Part shown: in pieces, positions 18,951 through 28,492 of the stretch | Position numbering within the stretch: the stretch's first letter is position 1 | Layout of the letters: each line of letters begins with the position of its first letter | NCBI GenBank assembly: GCA_963727805.1 | Contig: CAVSHF010000003.1 | Span: 1,760,001-1,824,000 of the forward strand | DNA from: an uncultured Nitrospiraceae bacterium | Lineage (GTDB): Bacteria; Nitrospirota; Thermodesulfovibrionia; Thermodesulfovibrionales; Dissulfurispiraceae | Length of the DNA stretch: 64,000 bases | Direction: 5' to 3' | Notes under the pieces: model-generated | The model's input: only the letters and a program-made list of their open reading frames with translations | What the model was told of the DNA's origin: nothing | Database searches by the model: none | Program-made: the position numbers and the translations under genes

Positions 18951-19553
18951 ATGATGAAAAAATACGTTTTCCTAATCCTTGTTGGCATGTTGCTCCCAGC
19001 ATTCATCGCTTTAGCAGCCTGCTCTCAGACACCTGATAAGGCGGCAACAAAGACCGGTACCGAAGCATCATCCGCTGTATCAATGAAGGATGCTGCACAG
19101 GACCCCTGGAGGACATACGTGAAGCCATCGAAAGAGGAATTGAAAAAGAAACTTACCCCTATGCAGTACGAGGTAACCCAGAACGAAGGCACGGAGCCGC
19201 CATACAAAAATGAATATTGGAACAATAAGAAAGAGGGCATCTACGTCGATATCGTGTCCGGAGAGCCCCTGTACAGTTCGCTTGACAAATATGACTCAGG
19301 CACTGGCTGGCCCAGCTTCACAAAACCGCTCGAGTTGGGCAATATCGTCGAAAAAAAGGACCGAAAGCTATTCACAACGAGGACGGAAGTGCGGAGCAGA
19401 CAAGGTGATTCGCACATCGGCCATGTTTTCCCTGATGGGCCTAAACCAACGGGCCTGCGGTATTGCATGAACTCTGCAGCCCTTCGTTTCATCCCGAAAG
19501 AAGACCTAGAAAAGGAAGGCTACGGACAGTATTTGAAGCTCTTTCAGAAATAA
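18951..19553 (+). CDS. msrB: Methionine-R-sulfoxide reductase with lipoprotein signal peptide
   Basis: 'SGTGWPSF', 'RTEVRS', '[10 protein letters not shown]', 'RYCMNS'; signal MMKK-hydrophobic-LAAC. Start moved from 18894, which overlaps the displaced aroK tail. Confidence 0.92.
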   Translation: MMKKYVFLILVGMLLPAFIALAACSQTPDKAATKTGTEASSAVSMKDAAQDPWRTYVKPSKEELKKKLTPMQYEVTQNEGTEPPYKNEYWNNKKEGIYVDIVSGEPLYSSLDKYDSGTGWPSFTKPLELGNIVEKKDRKLFTTRTEVRSRQGDSHIGHVFPDGPKPTGLRYCMNSAALRFIPKEDLEKEGYGQYLKLFQK

Positions 19554-19708
19554 TCATCTTGCGCTTTGCAAAATCCCATTGTGTCACAACCTTGCTGTAA
19601 TGGTGTCATGGTCATTGCACGGCCGGCTCCGTTAAACGTGATATACTATCACCAGATGTTAACATGCGAGTGTCGTAAGGACCTAAGAACTTGTTACGGT
19701 AAAAAACA

Positions 19709-19955
19709 ATGACGTTTTTTCTCATCATTTCCTGCCTATGCCCTTTGCACATTTAATGAAATCAAGATTGCCTATAAGCTATCTGATACAGTCCTGCTTG
19801 CCCGGTACGGCAATATGATTCACGAGCTGAGAGTTGATGTACATGGCCGAAGACTCGATTGGTCAAGCCTCGAGGATATGTCTCCGGCGCTCTTAAAAGC
19901 CGTTATCCAGTCCGAAGATAAGAGGTTTTATTAACACGGCGGTGTAGACTGGTTA
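19709..19955 (+). pseudogene. Relic: 5' end of penicillin-binding protein 1C (pbpC)
   Basis: ...SDTVLLARYGNMIHELRVDVHGRRLDWSSLEDMSPALLKAVIQSEDKRFY*HGGVDW; TAA at 19932 lies inside the transglycosylase EDxRFxxHxG motif; frameshift near the start. Confidence 0.8.
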
Positions 19956-19968
19956 CTGATGGAGATCA

Positions 19969-21186
19969 TTATCTCCTTCTTATCAAATCCCCTTTCCGCG
20001 GGCCAACCGGAGTCTGGATTAGTACGATCTCGCCAGCCCTTGCCGATACAGCATTAATACCGTCTTCGTATCGCAATGCTTCCACCGGGTAGATTTGTTC
20101 TTCAAACCCCGGCGTTATGTACTCAAGTGCCTCACCCAGTGCAAGCCCTATCCGGAGCAGGACTTTCGCGATCGTTCCTTTGGTTTCGAGGATAATGCCC
20201 GCCAGTTCGGCTGCTTGAGCATAATTCTCCCCGGAGAAGTTGTAAAGTCTGTCACTATTGTTCCCGTTCCCCCCTGATAAGAGCAGGCCTGTCGTATATC
20301 CCCTATTGCGGAAGAACGCTAGCTCTCGGTGCCACCGAGGGAGTTTCGAGGAATATCGTTCATGTTCATCGATCAGGTCCACCGCTTCGCGATAAGTCTT
20401 GGTCACGCCCGCCGCATAATGGATTCCCTTCATTCGTCCCTCGATCTTGAAGCTGTCTATTCCAGCGTCTAAGAGAAGTGGCAGATGGTCGATCAGGCAG
20501 AGGTCCTTCGAGTTCATCACATACGTTCCACGGCTATCTTCGAATACAGGTAAATATTCGCCCTGCCTTTTTTCTTCGACAAGGGCATATTTCCACCGGC
20601 ATGAATTTGTGCATTCTCCTGTATTTGCGCTTCTCGATGCCAGGAAGCTGCTGAGATAGCATTTGCCTGAATACGAGAGGCATATCGATCCATGGATAAA
20701 GGTCTCAAGTTCGATGCTGGTGCTTTCGTTAATTTCCTTTATCTCATCAATCGAGAGCTCTCTCGAAAGAATAAGCCTCCGTGCGCCCATTTTCTCCCAG
20801 AAGCAGGCCGCCTCAGCATTGGTGATGTTTGCTTGGGTGGAAACATGAATATCTATTTCAGGCGCCGTTTCCCTGAACAATGTGAAGATACCGGGATCCG
20901 AGATGATAACAGCATCAGGACTTATCTCCCGGAGGAGAGCAACGTGGTCCCTGATGGCAGGCAGATCGGTATTCCGCGCAAAGATATTCACTGTTGTATA
21001 CACCCTGACATTACGTTCATGTGCATACGCTACTGCCGAGGCAAGCTCTTCAGCTTCGAAATTTTTCGCCTTGTTGCGCAGACTGAATCTCGGGTCTCCA
21101 AGATAAACCGCATCGGCCCCATAATGGATGGCTATCCGCATCTTTTCAAAATCACCCGCCGGAGCCAGCAGTTCAGGCCTTTTCAT
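19969..21186 (-). CDS. U32 peptidase family protein (TrhP-like tRNA hydroxylation)
   Basis: 'ELLAPAG', 'GADAVY', '[13 protein letters not shown]', '[10 protein letters not shown]', 'KIEGRMK'; ATG overlaps the rnhA stop (ATGA). Confidence 0.9.
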   Translation of the reverse strand: MKRPELLAPAGDFEKMRIAIHYGADAVYLGDPRFSLRNKAKNFEAEELASAVAYAHERNVRVYTTVNIFARNTDLPAIRDHVALLREISPDAVIISDPGIFTLFRETAPEIDIHVSTQANITNAEAACFWEKMGARRLILSRELSIDEIKEINESTSIELETFIHGSICLSYSGKCYLSSFLASRSANTGECTNSCRWKYALVEEKRQGEYLPVFEDSRGTYVMNSKDLCLIDHLPLLLDAGIDSFKIEGRMKGIHYAAGVTKTYREAVDLIDEHERYSSKLPRWHRELAFFRNRGYTTGLLLSGGNGNNSDRLYNFSGENYAQAAELAGIILETKGTIAKVLLRIGLALGEALEYITPGFEEQIYPVEALRYEDGINAVSARAGEIVLIQTPVGPRKGDLIRRR

Positions 21187-21647
21187 CGAGCCGCTTCTCT
21201 TCGGCATCTATCTATTTCGAGCCGCGCAATCTCATCGCATCTTTCATTTTCAAGATGCCCATTGTGACCCTTTATCCAAACCCATTCAATGTCATGCCCT
21301 TTCGCTGCCTTGAGAAGCCGCTCCCAGAGGTCTTTGTTCAGGACTTCCTTCTTCTGAGAGTTGCGCCAGTTGTTTCTGATCCAGCTATGAATCCACTCAG
21401 ACATTCCCTTCACGATATAATTCGAATCTGTAATCACCCTGACCCTACATGGCTTTTTGAGGGCTTCGAGCGCAGAGATGACGCCCATAAGCTCCATGCG
21501 ATTATTCGTCGTCAATAGCTCGCAGCCGGAGATCTCCTTATTTTTGTCCCCGGATCGCATGATAGCACCGAAGCCTCCGGGGCCTGGATTACCACTGCAC
21601 GCACCATCGGCATAAATCTCGACAAATATTTTCTTGGCTGTTTGCAT
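21183..21647 (-). CDS. rnhA: Ribonuclease HI
   Basis: '[13 protein letters not shown]', 'TTNNRMEL', 'TDSNY', '[13 protein letters not shown]'. Confidence 0.96.
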   Translation of the reverse strand: MQTAKKIFVEIYADGACSGNPGPGGFGAIMRSGDKNKEISGCELLTTNNRMELMGVISALEALKKPCRVRVITDSNYIVKGMSEWIHSWIRNNWRNSQKKEVLNKDLWERLLKAAKGHDIEWVWIKGHNGHLENERCDEIARLEIDRCRREAAR

Positions 21648-21754
21648 AATTATCTATATTACAAGGAAGTATATAGCATTGGAAAGATAAAAAGGGAAAT
21701 GAAAAGCGAGTGCTTCTCGGTTATAGAATGGCAACCGAGCGGAGAAACTAATGA

Positions 21755-22050
21755 TTATTTAGCGAGTGCAACGTGCCAAACACCGACGAGGCCGTTGCCA
21801 AAGGTATCGCCGGGTTTCTTCACTTTGGTGAAATAATAAAGAGGGATTCCCTTGTGTGTCGTCTGCTTTGTCTCGTTAGCTCGTTGAATGATTTCAAAGT
21901 TCTTTGTATCAAGTCTGGGAGCAGCAGTGACCTTTTTAACGCAATTTAGCAGGCCACTTTTCGACACAACAGCTATCGGAGCATATGCTCATATCGGCAC
22001 AGACGTTCTTGAAGAGGTAGAGGGCCATCCCATTGCCGTCGACATAACTG
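21755..22050 (-). pseudogene. Frameshifted Y-x4-D secreted-repeat lipoprotein (COG4315-like) relic
   Basis: Two overlapping frames: 'YVDGNGMALYLFKN...SIC...C...WP' and 'QTTHKGIPLYYF..VKKPGDTFGNGLVGVWHVA'. Confidence 0.7.
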
Positions 22051-22249
22051 TGCCGGACGCTTGTCCGAGAATGACTCCCGACACTTGTACAGAGATAAGA
22101 ATGCTCAGGACGATGATAAGCAGGCAAGGCGTCTTCCCCCGTCAAAGATTTTGATTAGAAGAAATAGGCTTGCACTTGCAAGAGGCCATTCCAGCTATGA
22201 ATTCCTTCATCATCCTCGCATCGCCAGCATAGGCATTTATCGTATAATT

Positions 22250-24622
22250 TTAGTAATTGAGTGTAACAATCGTCACGCCTTTCCCTCCTTCATACTGTTC
22301 GCCGCTCCGAAAGCCAGTCACGAGCGGATGGCCCTGAAGGTGTTCACTGACTGCCTTCATGAGGATCCCTGCCCCGATCCCATGGATGACGATCACCTCC
22401 TGAAGCCCGGCGAGTACTGCAAGGTTCAGAAAAGGTTCGAGCCGCGACAGGGCATCATCGACGCGAAGCCCGATAATATTAATGCTCGATGACGCACTCC
22501 CAACGGTTGATTGCTTGCGTTCGATTCCTGGCTTACCAGAGGCAGAAGTCTTTCCCTTTCTTTTCCTAATGCTTGAAAAAGGGACCTCGACCTCAACACT
22601 CCCATAATTCACGCGGACTCTTTCATGACGCCGGTCGATGTCAACTACCTGCGCGTCGACGTCTATGGATTTGACATAGACACAGTCTCCTCTTTGAAGC
22701 ATCCCTAAAGAAAGGACTTCCGCATCTGCAGGAACCTGCGATGCAAGCGCGTCATCGATCTCCTTCTTCTTTGTGCCGACGATTTTCAGTGATTCCCTGA
22801 TTTTTTCCTTTTCCGCTTTTTTCGCGGCTTCGAGAAGACCATACAACTCCCGTTTGACCGAGCCGGCCAAATCCGAGGCGTCGCGGTATGCCTTTGCCAT
22901 CATTGCTTCATGCTCGCGTTGTGTCGTTACTGTCAGCTCGTCAAGGAGTCTTCTTTTTTCTCTAAACTCGGCCTTCTGATTCTCTATTTCGCTAATCGCG
23001 TTTTCGTAGTATGCTCTTTTGTCGGTGAGGTCCCTGATTAGATTGTCAAACTCCACCTTTACGCCACCGAGTAACGCCTTTGCGGAATCGACGACGCTAT
23101 CCGGAAGTCCGTATCTCCGGGCGATTTCAATGGCATGGGACTGCCCCGGTTCTCCTATCCGTAACCGGTAGAGGGGCGTCAGCGTATTCTGATCGAATTC
23201 CATCGATGCATTGAGCATCCCAGGAGTCCTGTGGACAAACCCCTTTATATCCATAAGATGGGTCGTTGCAAAGAGAAGCACCCCTCTATCCTTCATCTCT
23301 TTCAGCACTGCGCACGAGAGGGCTGCCCCTTCTGCGGGGTCCGTGCCGGTGCCAAGTTCGTCAAGCAGCACGATGGTCTCTGAATCCGCCTTTTTCAATA
23401 TCTCAGCTATGTGCGCAATATGAGCCGAAAAAGTTGACAGGTCGTTCTCGATAGACTGCTCGTCTCCGATGTCGATAAGAAGGCTGTTCACCAGTGGAAA
23501 GCTCGATGACGAATCGGCAGGCACCGGCATTCCGGTCAGGGCCATGAGCGTCAGGAGTCCAATTGTTTTGATGCTGATGGTCTTACCGCCAGCATTGGAC
23601 CCCGTAATAATCATGACCGTATTGTCGCCCCCGAGCTGGACAGTAAGGGGGATCACCTGTCTGCTCGCCCCGTGTTTCTGAAAAGTAAGGGAGAGGAGCG
23701 GGTGTCGACCGTTAACAAGATTGATGAAGCCGGTATTGTTGATCGCCGGGATCTCCATCTTAAGGAGTGCGGCAAAGCATGCTACACTGTTGAGTACATC
23801 CACGTACACAAGGGTTTCAAACTGACTCTCGATATCTTCGAGACGTTCCCTTATTCTTGAGGAAATACTCCTCAGAATGCGAATCTCCTCGGCCCTCTCC
23901 TCAGCACCGAGATTTTCGAGTTCATTGGACAGGCCGATGATCGCAACAGGTTCGACAAAGGCGGTCTCTCCCGATTTTGAGACATCGTGGACCACGCCTG
24001 ACACCTGCCCCTTCGAGTCCATCCTTACCGGGATGACCCATCTACCCGACCTTGTGGTAACGAAATCGTCTTGTAAAAAGATCGCGACCTCTTCGCTCCT
24101 CGTCATGTCTTCGAGCTTTTTCCTGATCCTTGCCTCGAGCCGCCCTATCTCTTTGCGGACCGCAGCAAGAACGGTCGACGCGGTATCAAGGATATTCCCC
24201 TGGCTGTCGACCGATTTTTTAAGAATTTTCAGAAGTTCGGGGAATCCAGTAAGCCCTTCCGTAAGTTGCCGCAGAGAAGGGATGTCATCTCTGGCACTCA
24301 ATTGTTGGAAGATATCGTCGATAATATCGAGGACCGGTATAACCCCGGCAAGTTCGACTGCTTCGAGGACAGCGCCTTCGGGTCGCGCCTTGGCAAAAAG
24401 ACCGCTGATGTCGGGATATGTCGACAGAGGGAGGGACATCCCCAGAGAGGACATCCTGAGTATGTCCCCTATCTGACCCTGTCTCTGCTCGATCTCTTGC
24501 TGGTCTGAAAAAGGGCCGAGATCCGCCACTGCAGCTTCGGAGGCGCCGCTGTTGGCGAAACCGGCTATCGTCCTCAGGAGCTTATCGAACTCGAGTAGAG
24601 AGAGCGTATGAGGTGACGTCAT
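22250..24622 (-). CDS. mutS2: Endonuclease MutS2 with Smr domain
   Basis: 'ITGSNAGGKT', 'DIGDEQSI', 'LSTFSAH', 'DELGTGTDP', C-terminal 'IHGIGAG'. Confidence 0.95.
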   Translation of the reverse strand: MTSPHTLSLLEFDKLLRTIAGFANSGASEAAVADLGPFSDQQEIEQRQGQIGDILRMSSLGMSLPLSTYPDISGLFAKARPEGAVLEAVELAGVIPVLDIIDDIFQQLSARDDIPSLRQLTEGLTGFPELLKILKKSVDSQGNILDTASTVLAAVRKEIGRLEARIRKKLEDMTRSEEVAIFLQDDFVTTRSGRWVIPVRMDSKGQVSGVVHDVSKSGETAFVEPVAIIGLSNELENLGAEERAEEIRILRSISSRIRERLEDIESQFETLVYVDVLNSVACFAALLKMEIPAINNTGFINLVNGRHPLLSLTFQKHGASRQVIPLTVQLGGDNTVMIITGSNAGGKTISIKTIGLLTLMALTGMPVPADSSSSFPLVNSLLIDIGDEQSIENDLSTFSAHIAHIAEILKKADSETIVLLDELGTGTDPAEGAALSCAVLKEMKDRGVLLFATTHLMDIKGFVHRTPGMLNASMEFDQNTLTPLYRLRIGEPGQSHAIEIARRYGLPDSVVDSAKALLGGVKVEFDNLIRDLTDKRAYYENAISEIENQKAEFREKRRLLDELTVTTQREHEAMMAKAYRDASDLAGSVKRELYGLLEAAKKAEKEKIRESLKIVGTKKKEIDDALASQVPADAEVLSLGMLQRGDCVYVKSIDVDAQVVDIDRRHERVRVNYGSVEVEVPFSSIRKRKGKTSASGKPGIERKQSTVGSASSSINIIGLRVDDALSRLEPFLNLAVLAGLQEVIVIHGIGAGILMKAVSEHLQGHPLVTGFRSGEQYEGGKGVTIVTLNY

Positions 24623-24640
24623 CGGACTGCTTCAGGACGT

Positions 24641-24985
24641 CTATAACCCAATCGCCTCCATGATCCGACCCTTCTGTTTCTCGAGGGCCTTCTGTCCCTG
24701 GTCAAGAGTTTTGATGATCTCTTTCTTGGCCGCGCCTGAAAGCTCGACCCCCCTGTCGATAATCTCTGTCACCCTGTCTTTGGTCTCATCGACAAAATCA
24801 TCGACTCTGTCAATTGTGTCTTCGACGAGATCCACAGCCTCGTTCTTTACGCGCCGTGCCGTCCGTTTGATGTCCTTTCTCGTCTCGTGCCCTGACTGTG
24901 GAGCATAAAGAAGTGCAATGGCCGCGCCGATGGCGCCACCTATCAAAAATGCCGTGCCTACTTTAACAACATCTTCATTTCTCAT
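24641..24985 (-). CDS. YtxH domain-containing protein
   Basis: 'FLIGGAIGAAIALLYAPQSGHETR' followed by an amphipathic helix. Confidence 0.88.
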   Translation of the reverse strand: MRNEDVVKVGTAFLIGGAIGAAIALLYAPQSGHETRKDIKRTARRVKNEAVDLVEDTIDRVDDFVDETKDRVTEIIDRGVELSGAAKKEIIKTLDQGQKALEKQKGRIMEAIGL

Positions 24986-25210
24986 GAGAGTCCTCCTCGG
25001 TGAAAATTATTTGGTCTGATTGCATTCAGTTTATCAATATTTAGCTCGAAATACTATGAGTGATGCACTTATAGATCTCGCTTGTTTCAATAAATTAATT
25101 GTCCAGAATTAACCGCCTCTCGTCTATATATCTTCCTTTTTTGTGACTCGGATCACCTGAGGCATTATTATTTCACGCTATAGTTGAAGCAGGAACCCCT
25201 TCCTTCATTC

Positions 25211-25264
25211 TTTGTGGCAGTCATCACCGACGATTAGGTGCTGCCTGCCACAGATTTCTTTTTC
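25211..25264 (+). terminator. Terminator-like hairpin with U-rich tail
   Basis: TTTGTGGCAG...CTGCCACAGA followed by TTTCTTTTT. Confidence 0.45.
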
Positions 25265-25300
25265 TCCTCCGCCCTCTATTTTGTGCCATAAGCTGATATA

Positions 25301-25558
25301 ATGATAAAGGATTGGATCATCAAAGAAGTAGGGGGGGGTATTGTGAAGGGGTTGATGAAATTACTTGTATTGCTCATCGTCGTCTTTTTCGTCTCTTCGT
25401 TGTTCAAGGGTGGTGACTATCTCAGATCAATCGGCCACTTGACAGGGATCAACGTGCACTCCATAGCAGATGTAGCTGACACCTTGAGGATCGAAAGATT
25501 CATGGCCGAAAAGAAACGAACTCAAGGAGAAAAAGAAAAAGGGATTATCGGGAACTGA
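25301..25558 (+). CDS. Small hypothetical membrane protein
   Basis: One hydrophobic segment; start uncertain (could be near 25323). Confidence 0.5.
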   Translation: MIKDWIIKEVGGGIVKGLMKLLVLLIVVFFVSSLFKGGDYLRSIGHLTGINVHSIADVADTLRIERFMAEKKRTQGEKEKGIIGN

Positions 25559-25600
25559 CACAGGGTCAACCCTTTTGAGAAAACTCCTCTTGATGTAAGC

Positions 25601-26670
25601 TCAGAAATTCACTTCGATGGTAATTCTCAGTACCCCGTTCCGCGACAAAAAAGTTCCAATGCCGAGAGTCGATGTGCCATCCCGTTGTCCTTCGGAATGG
25701 ATCAGCACATCATAGTCCTTGATCTCTCCTCTCGGGGAAATGCTAACAGCTTTGGTGCGGCAGGTCCGAGCATCTCGATAGGAATACAACTCATATGAAT
25801 GTCTGTATTGGAGATGTTGGAGAACTCAAGTTCAGCCCTTGCCTCGATGCCGATATTATTGAACTGCGGCCTTACGTGAATCGAATATGGACTAATCACA
25901 TAGGTGCAGTTATCACAATCTACCACGGTTACCATAAGGCACCTGACGCCATCCATTATGATATCGCTGAACAGATGTTAGTGCGCGGCAAAAAAGCTTT
26001 TACTTTATGTCTGACGAATAAATTGTGCAACGCGTCCCTGCCTGCCTTATCCTTAAAGATTTTCTCTTTGACAGATCGGGATCGATCTTTGAGAATAGCG
26101 GCCTATGCAGAAAGATGAATATGTTGCGCTTTCACGTTAAGCATCGAGATCCTTTTCAAGCCACTTGAGCTGTTCGCCCGAGATGATTCACTGCCTCCCT
26201 TTCTATTCCGTATCGAGGGCCACAAAGTGAGAAACTCTGAAATCAAAGGCCCCATACACGTTGCCGGAACTGTGTTTCGCGTGGTTATCTTGCTCCCGGT
26301 CACCAGTTGCCTCATGGTTGCCGATAACATGGGGAAAAGGCGCAGCGAGAGGTGCTATGGTGTTCAGAAAGTAATCGACCTCGTTCTTGACCGTCTGAAA
26401 CGAACCCGTAACCATGATAGACATCTCCCAAACTCACGTCAAATGGAGGGTCGATCATAGACATCTCGTCCAGTATCCGCTAGTACGGAGACGAATATGG
26501 CATATCCCTTCGTGAAGGCTTGAAATTGCCACAGGCGCCAAAGGTGAACTCAGGGCTATGGTTGTTCAAGCACCAAGGAACTATTCAGATATTTACGGCC
26601 TGTCCGTTGCAGCTTCAGCGGGGTTCATGAAAACAATTATGCACGAAAGGACACTAATGATATTTTTCAA
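25601..26670 (-). pseudogene. Heavily degraded exported metallophosphoesterase (calcineurin-like)
   Basis: Motifs in the expected order across several frames with stops: 'EFTFGACGN', 'VSLGDVYHGYG', 'VIGNHE', 'HFVALDT', 'GEQLKWLEKDL', 'IFIFLHRPL', 'RDALHNLFVRHKVKA', 'DGVR'. Confidence 0.75.
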
Positions 26671-27173
26671 ATTATACAAATACCTTTATTTTGACAGTTA
26701 TCTTCTCTTATTCGCAGTTCAAGTCTCGTCTTTTTCCTCATCATAGCCTCCTGAAATCTCCTTTTTTCTGCTTCGGTTTCGGGAATGAGTCCAGGCACCT
26801 CTTTTGGTCTCCCTTTGTCGTCGAGGGCCACGAAGGTCAGGTACGCGGAAGCCGTATGACAGACTTCACCGGTAAGGTAATTTTCGGCCTCAACACGCAC
26901 GCCCACTTCCATCGATGATTTTCCAACCATGTTGAGGCAGGCTTTCAGAAAAAGTACGTCCCCCACAAAGACAGGGTGGTGAAATACCAAGCGGTCGATA
27001 GAGGCGGTTACAGTGTTGCAACGCGCGTGCCGGCTTGCAACCACGGCAGCGGCGGTATCAATAAGCTTCATTATTACACCGCCATGTACGTTACCGGCGG
27101 GATTCGTATCCTGAGGAAGCATCACCTGAGCTATTGTGATACTTGTGTCTTTGACTGCTTTTTCTGTCATCAT
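26667..27173 (-). CDS. Acyl-CoA thioesterase (hotdog fold, YciA-like)
   Basis: 'DTNPAGNVHGGVIMKLID', 'VGKSSMEVGV', 'AYLTFVALD'. Confidence 0.92.
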   Translation of the reverse strand: MMTEKAVKDTSITIAQVMLPQDTNPAGNVHGGVIMKLIDTAAAVVASRHARCNTVTASIDRLVFHHPVFVGDVLFLKACLNMVGKSSMEVGVRVEAENYLTGEVCHTASAYLTFVALDDKGRPKEVPGLIPETEAEKRRFQEAMMRKKTRLELRIREDNCQNKGICII

Positions 27174-27732
27174 GAGCCTCCATGGGTTTTATAGCTTTCG
27201 CAGGTATGTCGTTGTAAACACGTTCATGCCGAGTGAACCGGCGTTAGCAAATCCCTTTGTGCAATATCAGCATGCCGATAAACGCCTAATCTGCACAATT
27301 ATATCATGTTTTAGCCGGTAGACTTCAGAAAAGACCGTCGCCGCATGATCCGGAATATCGCAGACAGCTGTCTCCCCATCTACATAGACATTTCAAAGAA
27401 AACGATCGATTTTGTTATACCGCGGTAAAAACTGTAGCACGGTTAACTTCCTTCTACCATTAACACCGATATTCATCGGTGCACCATCATTAAAGACTTT
27501 GCGAGGATGTGAGCTCCAAGAGATCATATTAAGCGCCAGAGCATTATAAACTGACTTGTCAGAACCCAATGCAGACAAGGTCGGCAGAGGCCAGGTGCAC
27601 GCTAACACGATGTCCAGCATCAGCCCACAGCTAGATATTATGGAGCGTCTGCTTATGGCGTTCATCTGGACACTCGTCAAGAACGGTAAGCAGAACCATG
27701 ATGTCACCACTGTCTTGAAGCAATGAAGCAAA

Positions 27733-28479
27733 TTATCCCTCCCTGCTTTTATCTTCGATCAGCTTCTGCGCGACAATTAAAAGGTTTCGGGCATCATCAA
27801 CAATCCACTGCTCGGGCAACAGGCCGCTTGCATGGACCTTCGCGCTAGTGAAGTCGCTTGTAGATGCGATGCACGACATCCCGGCAGCGACTGCGGCCTT
27901 GACCCCCGAAGCAGAGTCTTCGATTGCAAGACATTCTCTGGGTAAGACCGCCAACTCCTTCGCAACCAGCAAATATATTTCAGGGTCCGGCTTGGCATGT
28001 TCTACATCATCTGCTGTCGCCACGAAATCAAACTGTTTCAATAGGGTTAGGATACGAAGTACGCGAGTCGTGGCGGCACAGCTAGAGGTTGTCGCCAACC
28101 CGATCATATATTCATGCTGTTTTGCCCACCGGAGCAGACGGACATTGTGGGGACAGAGATAGCGGGGCAGGATTGAGGGATCAGCGAGTAAAGCTTCGTA
28201 TTTGCCAAGGCGCACTTGCACAAAGGCCTGCCACGGCTTCTCTACATTAAACTCCGCCATTAGTCTCCGCGATGGTTCTTCGAGATCGAATTGTTTAAGA
28301 AGCCGCTCAGCGACCTCCTGACGGGAGCGCCCTGCCATCTGTTTGAAGGCCTCGATTACTGCTTCCTCAGGAAACTTGTCAGGCCGGAGCGCGACCCCTG
28401 CCCGGGCATAGGAGATTGCTTTCAGAATCTCTGTCTGGACAAGCGTTCCGTCAAGATCGAAGATGATTGCACGGATCAT
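27733..28479 (-). CDS. HAD-superfamily phosphatase (beta-PGM/CbbY-like)
   Basis: 'FDLDGTL', 'KPDPEIY', 'IEDSASG'. Confidence 0.9.
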   Translation of the reverse strand: MIRAIIFDLDGTLVQTEILKAISYARAGVALRPDKFPEEAVIEAFKQMAGRSRQEVAERLLKQFDLEEPSRRLMAEFNVEKPWQAFVQVRLGKYEALLADPSILPRYLCPHNVRLLRWAKQHEYMIGLATTSSCAATTRVLRILTLLKQFDFVATADDVEHAKPDPEIYLLVAKELAVLPRECLAIEDSASGVKAAVAAGMSCIASTSDFTSAKVHASGLLPEQWIVDDARNLLIVAQKLIEDKSREG

Positions 28480-28492
28480 TCGTTTTCCTCCA

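Noticed and set aside
27393..27731. 112-aa ORF downstream of the HAD gene
   Set aside because: No RBS or recognisable motif in any frame; it may be an unidentifiable relic
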